A DNA stretch of 64,000 nucleotides. Source: Candidatus Dormiibacterota bacterium (GTDB lineage Bacteria; Chloroflexota; Dormibacteria; Aeolococcales; Aeolococcaceae). A model generated the notes under the pieces. That model saw only the letters and a list, made by a program, of their open reading frames with translations. It searched no databases and was not told the origin of the DNA. The DNA is taken from the NCBI GenBank assembly GCA_963830305.1, contig CAWHLW010000005.1, positions 2,473 through 66,472 of the forward strand, in the 5' to 3' direction. Positions 1 through 8,668 of this stretch are shown in pieces. Positions within the stretch are counted from its first letter, which is position 1; each line of letters begins with the position of its first letter. A program made the translations under genes and the position numbers.

Positions 1-39
1 ATTCGCGACCACCAGAGCGGTGCGTGCCCGCCGGTTCAC
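1..39 (-). CDS. 5' end of a gene coupled to the type III PKS, possibly the membrane methyltransferase often found downstream of such PKSs; partial, runs off the window
   Basis: GTG at 39-37 overlaps the PKS stop codon (GTGA). It reads VNRRARTALVVAN. Only 13 codons are visible. Confidence 0.25.
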   Translation of the reverse strand, partial: MNRRARTALVVAN

Positions 40-1136
40 GACGCCCAGAGCAACTCGATGAGCTCGACGGTCAACCCGGGCCCGAACGCGGCGGCGAGGC
101 CACGACCATGTGTGGCCGGGAGGTCCGCCGCGAGTTCCTGAAGGACGAACAGGATCGCGGCCGACGAGGTGTTGCCGCTGGTGCGCATCACCCGCTGCGT
201 CGCGTCGACGTGCCCCGCACGCAGACCGAGCGACCGGATCACCGCATCCACGATCGCCTGACCGCCGGGATGCAGCGCGACGACGTCCAGTTCGGATGCC
301 GGACCGATGAAGTCGTCGACGAGGGCGGGGAGGTGGATCTCGAGCAGCCGCGGTAGCTGGCGCGACACCACCACCCGGAATCCGTCGTCGGCTTGCTCGA
401 AGCCGAGGGCTTCCGTGGTCGACGCCACCACCTGGTGACCAGTCCTGCCGATGCCCAGCTGTCCCGGGACCAATCCGGCACGCAGCACCGCGGCGCCGGC
501 CCCGTCGCCGAATACGAGCACGCTCAGGAGGTTGTCAGCGGACGTGTCGGCCGGGCGGAAGGTGAGCGACGGCACCTCCACCGCGACCACCAGCGCCGAT
601 TCCTCGGGATGCGAGCGCACCCAGTCGGAGGCCCAGGCCAGTGCCGCGGCACCGCCGGCACAGCCGAAGTTCATGAACGGCATGCGCCGGATATCGCGTC
701 GAAGACCGAGGTGATTGATCAAGGCCACATCGACGCCGGGCAGCACGAAGCCCGTGCACGAGGACACCACGACCAACCCGATGTCCGCGATCGCGACGCC
801 GGCATCGACGATCGCTCGCTCAGCCGCAGCGATGGCCAGCGGCGTCGCCTCGGCTGCGTACCGGGCCGCCTGCTCTCCGGGTGTCAGCGGTACGAGCGCG
901 TCCTCGATGGGCCGCACCAGGAAACGGTGGGTGCCGGAGAGCTCCTCGGTGAACAGGCTCACGCGCCGCTCCAGCCTCGGCCAGAGCTGGGTGATCAGGC
1001 GGAGGACCTCGTCGCCGGCGACCTCGTATGGCGGCACCGCGGTACCGAGCCCGTCGATCGTGACCGGCGCGAGCACGGGCCACCCGGCGCGGCGATCGGG
1101 CAGCGCCGCGGAGCGGATCGCCGCCTCAACAACCAT
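36..1136 (-). CDS. type III polyketide synthase (chalcone/stilbene synthase family)
   Basis: 366-aa ORF. Catalytic Cys context VVVSSCTGFVLPG, His in ALHPGG, Asn in SGNTSSA, and a C-terminal AFGPGLT motif. Confidence 0.9.
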   Translation of the reverse strand: MVVEAAIRSAALPDRRAGWPVLAPVTIDGLGTAVPPYEVAGDEVLRLITQLWPRLERRVSLFTEELSGTHRFLVRPIEDALVPLTPGEQAARYAAEATPLAIAAAERAIVDAGVAIADIGLVVVSSCTGFVLPGVDVALINHLGLRRDIRRMPFMNFGCAGGAAALAWASDWVRSHPEESALVVAVEVPSLTFRPADTSADNLLSVLVFGDGAGAAVLRAGLVPGQLGIGRTGHQVVASTTEALGFEQADDGFRVVVSRQLPRLLEIHLPALVDDFIGPASELDVVALHPGGQAIVDAVIRSLGLRAGHVDATQRVMRTSGNTSSAAILFVLQELAADLPATHGRGLAAAFGPGLTVELIELLWAS

Positions 1137-1228
1137 GCGCTCGGATCATGACACCGACGATCGGAGCGGCAGTGGCCCGTTGCGGTGAATTGGAGATGCG
1201 GAGAGTATGCCCCCGGGTTACAGGTGAC

Positions 1229-1996
1229 CTACTCCGGGGTCACATACGCCGCGGTGAGCCCGCCATCGACGAGAAAGGTCGCGCCGTTGACATATGAGGA
1301 CTCATCGCTGGCGAGAAACAGCGCCGCATTGGCGATCTCGAGCGCCGTCGCGAGGCGGCCCATCGGCAGGTGAATGCGGCGCCGCTCGTATGCGGCGGGG
1401 TCGTCCGCGAAGAGGCGCATGAGCAACGGCGTCTCCACCGGCCCCGGACACAGCGCGTTGACGCGAACGCCCTGGCGCGCGAACTGCACCGCAAGCTCCC
1501 GGCTCATCGACAGCACCGCGCCTTTCGACGCCGTGTACGCGATCTGCGATGTCGCCGCGCCAACCAGCGCGACGAACGACGCGACATTGATCACCGACCC
1601 GCCGCCTCGTTCGAGGAGATGCGGGATCCCGTACTTGCAGCAGAGATACACTCCCTTGGCGTTCACCGCCTGCACCCGATCCCACGCGTCGGGCTCGGTG
1701 GTGAGGATCGAGTCGTCGTCGGGCGGCATGATCCCCGCGTTGTTGTAGAGGATGTCGACACCACCGTAGGCGACGACCGCAGCCGCGTACATCGCGGTGA
1801 CACTGTTCGCGTCGCTCACATCGACCTCGACAAATGTCGCGCGCTCGCACTCCGCCGCCGTCTGAGCACCGGCGGACCGTCCGGTGTCGGCCACGACCAC
1901 CGTGGCTCCCTCCCGCGAAAAGAGCATCGCCGCCTCGCGCCCGATGCCACCGGCCGCGCCGGTGATCACCGCAATCTTGCCGTCAAGACGTCCCAT
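1229..1996 (-). CDS. SDR family oxidoreductase
   Basis: 255 aa. Rossmann motif ITGAAGGIG, NNAG, and active-site YTASK (Tyr-x3-Lys). Confidence 0.9.
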   Translation of the reverse strand: MGRLDGKIAVITGAAGGIGREAAMLFSREGATVVVADTGRSAGAQTAAECERATFVEVDVSDANSVTAMYAAAVVAYGGVDILYNNAGIMPPDDDSILTTEPDAWDRVQAVNAKGVYLCCKYGIPHLLERGGGSVINVASFVALVGAATSQIAYTASKGAVLSMSRELAVQFARQGVRVNALCPGPVETPLLMRLFADDPAAYERRRIHLPMGRLATALEIANAALFLASDESSYVNGATFLVDGGLTAAYVTPE

Positions 1997-2003
1997 CGCT
2001 GTG

Positions 2004-3356
2004 TCAGCCCTCCGTGGACATGTAGACGTTCTTGACCTCGGAATAGCCGTCGAGGCCGTTCATGCCGAGCTCGCGCCCAAACCCGGATTGCTTGAAGCCG
2101 CCGAACGGCGTGGAGACGCGCACCGAGGAATTGCTGTTGATCGAGAGCACACCCGTGTCGAGCGCTCGCGCCACCCGCAGCGCGCGTGCCCCGTTGGTGG
2201 TCCAGATCGACCCGGACAACCCGTACGGGGTGTCATTGGCGATCCGCACCGCATCCGCCTCGTCAGTGAACGGGATGATGGCGGCGACCGGTCCGAACAC
2301 CTCTTCGCGCGCGATCCGGTCGTTGTTGGTCGCCTCGACGAGCGTGCATGGATACCAGAAGCCCGGTCCATCGGGAATCGATCCTCTGAACAGCGGCGCC
2401 AACTCGACAAACGACGCCACCGTCTTGCGGTGGCTCGCCGAGACGAGCGGTCCCATCTCCGTCGCGTCATCTTCAGGATCACCGACTCGGAGCGCCCCCG
2501 TCGCGGTGATGAGCAGCGCGACAAAGCGGTCGTACACATCGCGTTGGACGAGCACGCGTGAGCGCGCGCAGCAGTCCTGTCCGGCGTTGCCGAAGACCGC
2601 GTATGGGGCCGCGGCCGCGGCACGTTCGAGGTCCGCGTCGGCGAAAACGACGTTGGCGGATTTGCCGCCGAGCTCGAGGGTCACGCGTTTGATGCTCTCG
2701 GCCGCACCGCGCATCACCTCGACGCCGACTTCCGTCGAGCCCGTGAAACCGATCTTGGCGACGTCGGGATGGTGGATGAGGCGCTCGCCGACGATGCGGC
2801 CCGGCCCGACCACCACGTTGAGGACACCCTCGGGAATCCCCGCCTGGAGTGCAAGCTCCGCCAGGCGAATCGCCGTCATCGGGGTGAGCTCGGCGGGCTT
2901 GAGCACCACCGTGTTGCCGCACGCGAGTGCCGGGCCGACCTTCCAGCTCGAGATGTTCAAAGGGAAGTTCCAGGGGACGATCAACCCCACCACGCCGAGT
3001 GGCTCGCGGAACGTCATGTCGACGCCGCCTGCGACTGGGATGGTTTGACCGAAGTGCTTGTCGACGGCGCCGGCGTAGTAGTGGAAAACTTCGGCCACCA
3101 TGCCGACCTCGCCCCGCGAGTCGGCGATCGGCTTGCCGACGTTCCTCGTCTCCAACAACGCGAGCTCCTCGCCGTGGTCTTCGACGAGCCCGGCGAGTCT
3201 GCGAAGCAGGCGCGCTCGGTCAGCGGGGGAGACCGCACGCCATGCGGGGAACGCCGTCTTTGCCGCCGCAACCGCGCGATCGGTCTCGATCACCCCGGCC
3301 TGCTCGAGCTCTGCCACCGGCTGTTCCGTGGCCGGGTTCAGCAGCCGAAGCGTCAT
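2004..3356 (-). CDS. NAD(P)-dependent aldehyde dehydrogenase (PuuC-like position)
   Basis: I chose the internal ATG (MTLRLLNPATEQPVAELEQ). The upstream 155 codons of the 605-aa ORF are Arg-rich and overlap the next gene. Motifs LELGGKSA and GQDCCARSR (catalytic Cys). ATGA overlap with the stop of the GS-like gene. Confidence 0.9.
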   Translation of the reverse strand: MTLRLLNPATEQPVAELEQAGVIETDRAVAAAKTAFPAWRAVSPADRARLLRRLAGLVEDHGEELALLETRNVGKPIADSRGEVGMVAEVFHYYAGAVDKHFGQTIPVAGGVDMTFREPLGVVGLIVPWNFPLNISSWKVGPALACGNTVVLKPAELTPMTAIRLAELALQAGIPEGVLNVVVGPGRIVGERLIHHPDVAKIGFTGSTEVGVEVMRGAAESIKRVTLELGGKSANVVFADADLERAAAAAPYAVFGNAGQDCCARSRVLVQRDVYDRFVALLITATGALRVGDPEDDATEMGPLVSASHRKTVASFVELAPLFRGSIPDGPGFWYPCTLVEATNNDRIAREEVFGPVAAIIPFTDEADAVRIANDTPYGLSGSIWTTNGARALRVARALDTGVLSINSNSSVRVSTPFGGFKQSGFGRELGMNGLDGYSEVKNVYMSTEG

Positions 3357-4687
3357 CCGCGCTCGAAGAAGCGTTCGCGCTCGTAACAGGTGACGGCCTT
3401 GTCGAAGAGCTGCTGCTCGGTGCGCGCGTAGTTGAGGTAGTGATCGACGACGTCGTCTCCGAATGCCGAGCGGGCGACCTTGCCGTGCTCGAGCGCGTGG
3501 ATCGCCTCGTTGAGCGTGTGGGGAAAACGCTTGACGTCGGACTCGTAGGCGTTGCCGGTGAACACCGGGGGAAGCTCGAGCTGGTGCTCGATACCGTGCA
3601 GGCCCGCAGCGAGCAGCGCCGCGAACGCGAGGTACGGGTTGGCGTCGGCACCCGGGATACGGCACTCGACACGCAGCGCCTTGCCGTGGCCAACAACGCG
3701 GAACCCGCAGGTGCGATTGTCGTAGCCCCATGCGAGTGTGGTCGGCGCCCAGCTTCCGGCCGCATATCGCTTGTAGGAGTTGATGTTCGGGGCGAGGAAC
3801 ACCGCGAACTCGTCGGCGCACGAAATCAGTCCCGCAAGGTAGTGGTTGAAGAGCGGCGATTCCCCGGAGAAGAGGGCATTGCCGTCACCCCAGAGGCTCG
3901 AATGGATGTGGCACGAGCTGCCGATCCAGGTGTGGTCGGGCTTGGCCATGAACGTGACCGACTGGCCACTCTGCTGCGCCATCTCCTTGATCCCGTTCTT
4001 GTAGATGACGTGGTTGTCGGCCATCGTGACCGCGTCGCTGTAGCGGAAGTTGAGCTCCTGCTGGCCGGGCCAGGCCTCGCCCTTGGACGTCTCGACTCGC
4101 ATCCCCGCTGCCTGCATGTTGTTGCGCACCGAGCGGATGAACGGCTCGTCATAGCTGGTGGCGAGGATGTGGTAGTCGAGGATGTACGGCACCGACGGCG
4201 TCAGGTCGCGATAGTGCTGCGCGTGCGCCTGTGCGTAGGTCTGCTTGATCAGAAAGAACTCCAGCTCGGAGCCGAACATCGCCTCGTAGCCAAGGGCTCG
4301 TGCCCGGTCCACCTGCGCTTTGAGCACCTGCCGGGGCGACGGCCGGACGGGCGTGCCGTCATTCCAGGCCACGTCACAGAGGACAAGCGCTGTGCCTTCC
4401 AGCCAGGGGATGCGGCGCATCGTCGCGAAGTCGGGAACCATCGAGAAGTCGCCATAGCCGCGCTCCCAGCTCGCGATCTCATACCCGGGTACCGGGTCCA
4501 TCTCCATCTCGAGGGCAAGCAGATAGTTGCACCCCTCGATCGGATTGGTGTGCTCCATCTCCTCGAGAAAGAAATGTGCCTCCATGCGCTTGCCCATCAG
4601 GCGTCCCTGCATGTCGGTGAACGCGACGACGACGGTGTCGACCTTGCCGGCCTCGACCTCCTGTTTCAGTTCGTCGAGCGTGAGCAT
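3353..4687 (-). CDS. glutamine synthetase family protein, gamma-glutamyl-amine synthetase-like (PuuA / Streptomyces GlnA3-GlnA4 type)
   Basis: 444 aa. GS catalytic-domain signatures FGSELEFFL, NSYKR and DNRTCGFRV. Sits between an aldehyde dehydrogenase and a gamma-glutamyl hydrolase-type amidotransferase. Confidence 0.9.
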   Translation of the reverse strand: MLTLDELKQEVEAGKVDTVVVAFTDMQGRLMGKRMEAHFFLEEMEHTNPIEGCNYLLALEMEMDPVPGYEIASWERGYGDFSMVPDFATMRRIPWLEGTALVLCDVAWNDGTPVRPSPRQVLKAQVDRARALGYEAMFGSELEFFLIKQTYAQAHAQHYRDLTPSVPYILDYHILATSYDEPFIRSVRNNMQAAGMRVETSKGEAWPGQQELNFRYSDAVTMADNHVIYKNGIKEMAQQSGQSVTFMAKPDHTWIGSSCHIHSSLWGDGNALFSGESPLFNHYLAGLISCADEFAVFLAPNINSYKRYAAGSWAPTTLAWGYDNRTCGFRVVGHGKALRVECRIPGADANPYLAFAALLAAGLHGIEHQLELPPVFTGNAYESDVKRFPHTLNEAIHALEHGKVARSAFGDDVVDHYLNYARTEQQLFDKAVTCYERERFFERG

Positions 4688-4690
4688 CGG

Positions 4691-5425
4691 TCAGCTGCCC
4701 TCCTTGCCGGCGTCGGTGGCAACCGCGCCATTGTGGTTGTGATCGGCAACGCGGTCGACGAAGCGGCTGAACAGCGCCATCGCCCATCCCTGCTGGCCGA
4801 GCAACTCCTCGGGATGGCATTGCACTGCAACGATCATCCCATCGGCTGACTCGATGCCTTCGACGACTCCGTCGGGGCTGTGCGCGGTGACATGCAGGCC
4901 GGGCGCGACGTCCTTCACCGACTGGTGATGCAGGCTGTTGACCATCACCCGGTCGCCGGGTGTCACCTTCGACAGCTCCGACCCGGGTACGACGTCGATG
5001 GAGTGGGCGAGCAGGTCGCGCGGGTGACCGTGGTTGTCGTGACCATCGATGTGCTGGCGCAGCGAACCACCGAGTGCCACGTTGATCACCTGCTGGCCGC
5101 GGCAGATCCCGAAGACGGGAACACCCGCGTCAACCGCAGCGCGCACGAGCGCGATCTCGGTCAGGTCCAGGGGTGGGTCGACGTCGGGGGTTTCCTCCTG
5201 GCGATCCTCGCCGTACACGGGTGGGTCGACATCCCAGCCGCCCGGCACCAGCAGACCGTCGATGCCCTGGATCATCGATGTCGCCTGGGTGGATGCAAGC
5301 CCACCCGGTTGCGGATCGAGCGTGACCGGCTCACCGCCGGTCGCCTCAATCGCGCGCAGGTACGGCAGGTAATACGCGGGTCCGCGGAGCGGGCTGCACG
5401 TCACACCGATCCTGGGCTTGGACAT
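4691..5425 (-). CDS. gamma-glutamyl-gamma-aminobutyrate hydrolase family protein (peptidase C26 / class I amidotransferase, PuuD-like)
   Basis: Start taken at MSKPRIGVT, with AAGGA-type RBS upstream. The 74-codon upstream extension is Arg-rich. Motifs FGICRGQQ (nucleophile Cys), LHHQ and QCHPE. Confidence 0.85.
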   Translation of the reverse strand: MSKPRIGVTCSPLRGPAYYLPYLRAIEATGGEPVTLDPQPGGLASTQATSMIQGIDGLLVPGGWDVDPPVYGEDRQEETPDVDPPLDLTEIALVRAAVDAGVPVFGICRGQQVINVALGGSLRQHIDGHDNHGHPRDLLAHSIDVVPGSELSKVTPGDRVMVNSLHHQSVKDVAPGLHVTAHSPDGVVEGIESADGMIVAVQCHPEELLGQQGWAMALFSRFVDRVADHNHNGAVATDAGKEGS

Positions 5426-5495
5426 CTCGTAAATCCTTCGCGTGCTCGCGGCGCCACGGCCGCGAGCACGCCTGGTGAACCGATCTGTGAGCCTA

Positions 5496-7046
5496 TCAGC
5501 CTGCCGAAACCGCGGGCGCCGGTGCTGCCCCGCTGACGAACGTCGCTTCGATCGACGCCAGTTCCTCGGCGGTTCCCTGGATCTTCGGACCCTTGAACCA
5601 GTTCTTCGCCGATGCAAACCACCAGATGGTGGTGGCGCCCAGCACAACCGCGAACGCCACGATCGTGTAGTTGAAGTTGGTGCCGGTGACCGGGAACGCC
5701 GTGGGCAGGATGAACAGGATGCTGATGATCACGATCCAGACGACCGCGATGATGCCGATCGGGCGGCTCCACCTGCCGAGGTTCCACGGACCGGGCTGGA
5801 ACTTCGATCCGGCCCGAAGGCGCAGGAGGATCGGGATGCCGTACGCGATGTAGAGACCGATGACCGCGATCGAGATGACCGCTGCATAGGCGTAGGCATT
5901 GAAGAGATAGGGCAAAAACAGGATGAATGCGCCGACCACCGCGAGCCAGATCGAGTTGGTTGGGGTGCGCGTGCGCTTGTTGATCTTGCTCCAGAGCCGA
6001 TGCCCCGGGACGGCGCCGTCACGCGAGAAGGCGTAGATCATCCGCGAGTTCGCTGTGACCGATGACATCCCGCAGTAGAACTGCGCCCCGATGGCGATGA
6101 GCAGCAGGAACTGACCCGCAGCACCACCGGCGGCGTCGATGAAGATCTGCGCGGCAGGGACGACCGCGACGGACTCCGTGGCGTAGTTCTGGATCGCGGA
6201 GGTCACGCCGATCAGCAGGATCCAGCCGGCGAACAGCGACACCACGATCGACAGCACGATGCCGCGCGGTCCCGCGGTCGCGGCGTTCTTCGTCTCCTCC
6301 GTCATGTGCGCCGACGCGTCGTAGCCCGTGAACGTGTACTGCGCCAGCAGCAACCCGATGAGGAAGACGTAAATGACGCTCCCCGGGAATGACGCACCCG
6401 TGCCGTTGTTGAAGTGGAAGAAGATGAACCCGGCCGACTGGTGGTGCTTGGGTACGATGAGCAGGAACCCGACAATGACGACCACCCCGAGGATGTGCCA
6501 CCACACCGAGATGTCGTTGAGTAGCGCCACGAGCCGGATGCCGAACGTGTTCAGAAGGCCGTGGATGATGAGCGCGACCGCGTAGACGAGCAGGATGTGC
6601 GGCGGGTCGAGCGGATAGCCGAACCAGTTGTTCATGAACGCCGACGCGAACAGCGCGAGTCCACCGTCGATGCCTGCGGTCACCGCAACCTGGCCCACGA
6701 GGTTGAACCAGCCGGTGAACCAGCTCCACGCGGGTCCGTTCTTGCCGCCGAGCTTCGCCGACCAGTAGTAGAGACCCCCGGCGGTGGGGTAGCTCGAGCA
6801 GACCTCGGCCATGGCGAGGCCGACGATGATGACCATGACACCGACCAGCGGCCACCCGATGTTCATGTCGATCGGGCCGCCGTTGAACATCGCCACGCCG
6901 TAGGCGGTCAGGCAGCCGGACAGGATCGAGATGATCGTGAACGACACAGCGAAGTTGGAGAAGCCCCCCATCCGCCGCAGGAGTTCCTGTGCGTACCCCA
7001 TCTTGTGAAGAGTCTCGGTATCGCTGTCAACCACCTGAACGCTCAT
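5496..7046 (-). CDS. APC-family amino acid/polyamine permease
   Basis: Start taken at MSVQVVDSDTE after a GGGAGA RBS. About 12 hydrophobic segments. Permease-like N-terminus GGFSNFAVSFTIISILSG. Confidence 0.85.
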   Translation of the reverse strand: MSVQVVDSDTETLHKMGYAQELLRRMGGFSNFAVSFTIISILSGCLTAYGVAMFNGGPIDMNIGWPLVGVMVIIVGLAMAEVCSSYPTAGGLYYWSAKLGGKNGPAWSWFTGWFNLVGQVAVTAGIDGGLALFASAFMNNWFGYPLDPPHILLVYAVALIIHGLLNTFGIRLVALLNDISVWWHILGVVVIVGFLLIVPKHHQSAGFIFFHFNNGTGASFPGSVIYVFLIGLLLAQYTFTGYDASAHMTEETKNAATAGPRGIVLSIVVSLFAGWILLIGVTSAIQNYATESVAVVPAAQIFIDAAGGAAGQFLLLIAIGAQFYCGMSSVTANSRMIYAFSRDGAVPGHRLWSKINKRTRTPTNSIWLAVVGAFILFLPYLFNAYAYAAVISIAVIGLYIAYGIPILLRLRAGSKFQPGPWNLGRWSRPIGIIAVVWIVIISILFILPTAFPVTGTNFNYTIVAFAVVLGATTIWWFASAKNWFKGPKIQGTAEELASIEATFVSGAAPAPAVSAG

Positions 7047-7167
7047 CGGCTCATCTCCCAAATGCGACCCCGGATGTGGTGGGCCGCACAGTAGCAGCGG
7101 GCCTGTACCAGCGTCAACAGATTTATCGAATCGACCCAACCAGGTACAAACTGTAAGAATCGTTTCA

Positions 7168-8035
7168 ATGCCTGAGTTCCTCGTCGGTGAGCTGGTTCGC
7201 CAGCGCATGGGGGTGCTCAGTGCCTCGGAGCGTCGGCTCGCGCAGGTGCTGCTCGCCTTCTACCCGGTCGCCGGCCTCGAGAACCTGACCCGCTTCGCGG
7301 AGCGCGCCGGGGTCAGCCCCGCGACCGTGACCCGGTTCATCGCCAAACTCGGCCTGCGCGGCTACCCGGAATTCCAGGACTCGCTCCGCCAGGAGTTGCA
7401 GGAGCGGTTGAGCTCACCGCTTGCCCGGTACGAGCTGACCGCCGCGCCAGATCCGAACGGCTCGACGCTGCGTGACGCATTCGCGACGCAGGAGCACAGC
7501 CTGCGGGCGAGCGTTGACATGGTCTCCGAGCACGATTTCGACGCGGTGATCGACCTGCTCGCGGATCCACGCCGGCGCGTCCTCTCACTGGGCGGACGGG
7601 TGAGCGCGTTCCTGGCCCGCTATCTCGCCAGCCAGCTGCATCTCATCCGACCGGGAGTCGAGCTCATCGACCCGGAACGGAGCAACCCCGCCGACCATCT
7701 CGTCGACCTCGGGCGCCGGGACATCCTGGTCGTCTTCGACTACCGCCGGTACCAGAGCGACACGATCAACAGCGCCAAGGTCGCAGCGGGGCGCGGCAGC
7801 ACCGTCGTGCTGGTGACCGATCCCTGGTTGTCGCCGGCTGCGGCCTCGGCGCGATTCGTGCTCGTCACCGGCGTGCAGACCACCGTCGCCCCGTTCGAAC
7901 TCGATGGTGTCCGCGGTGGCGCTCACCGAGGCCCTGATCGCCGGGGTGCTGGCGCGGCTCGGCGAAACGGCGCACGCGCGGATGCGACGCATGGACGAGC
8001 TGCGCGGCGGCGTCGTCTACGGCGACGGTCCCTGA
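7168..8035 (+). pseudogene. MurR/RpiR family transcriptional regulator (HTH + SIS), frameshifted as assembled
   Basis: N-terminal HTH_6 (ERRLAQVLLAFYPVAGLENLTRFAERAGVSPATVTRFIAKLG) and SIS domain are in frame 7168. After 7897-7902 (GAACTC) the frame yields an Arg-rich tail. The +1 frame gives PFDSMVSAVALTEALIAGVLARLGETAHARMRRMDEL, ending at the TGA at 8033-8035. Confidence 0.8.
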
Positions 8036-8053
8036 GCGAGGTACATTCCCGGC

Positions 8054-8668
8054 GTGATCGCTGAACGGCTCGAGCTGGCCGACTGGCGTCGGCAGGTGAG
8101 CGAGCTGTACGTCGCGATCCGCGCCGAACCGGATCCGGTGGTCGCATGGACGCACTGGCGCGAGGGGCGCGATCGACTCTTTCGCGCGCACCCGCAGAGC
8201 CCCGTCCCGCAGAGCGACCGCGGCGACGCGACCGCGCCTCTCTATTACGAGTACGACCCTGCGCTGCGCACCGTCGCGGAGGTCGAGCCGGCCGACGGCG
8301 CAACGTTCGAGCTCCCCGGATCCACGAGCGGTCATGTCACCGCCGAACGTGCCGGTACGGCGCGCTTCGTCCTCGGCGATCAGTCGGTCGGCCTGTCGGT
8401 GTTCTGGCTGCTCGACTATGCCGGTGGCTTCTTCCTTTCATTTCGCGATGCCACCAGCGCAGCGGAGACGTACGGCGCGGGTCGGTATCTGCTGGACACC
8501 GCGAAGGGAGCGGATCTCGGGGTCAGCGCGGATGGCCGCCTCATCCTCGATTTCAATTTCGCGTATCAGCCTTCGTGCAGCTACGACCCGCAATGGAGCT
8601 GTCCGCTGCCGCCGCGCGAGAACTGGCTGGCGATCCCGATCCGTGGTGGCGAACGCTTCCGCTCGTGA
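8054..8668 (+). CDS. DUF1684 domain-containing protein
   Basis: 204 aa. The C-terminal FNFAYQPSCSYDPQWSCPLPPRENWL is the DUF1684 hallmark. Confidence 0.8.
   Translation: MIAERLELADWRRQVSELYVAIRAEPDPVVAWTHWREGRDRLFRAHPQSPVPQSDRGDATAPLYYEYDPALRTVAEVEPADGATFELPGSTSGHVTAERAGTARFVLGDQSVGLSVFWLLDYAGGFFLSFRDATSAAETYGAGRYLLDTAKGADLGVSADGRLILDFNFAYQPSCSYDPQWSCPLPPRENWLAIPIRGGERFRS

Noticed and set aside
3357-3821. N-terminal 155-codon extension of the aldehyde dehydrogenase ORF. Similar extensions occur at 23962-24279, 36478-37467, 5426-5647 and 7047-7208.
   Set aside because: The extensions overlap neighbouring genes and are Arg-rich. They precede an internal start that has an RBS and the family-typical N-terminus.
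2927-4849. 640-aa ORF on the plus strand
   Set aside because: It is antisense to the well-supported aldehyde dehydrogenase and GS-like genes. It is Arg-rich and low-complexity.
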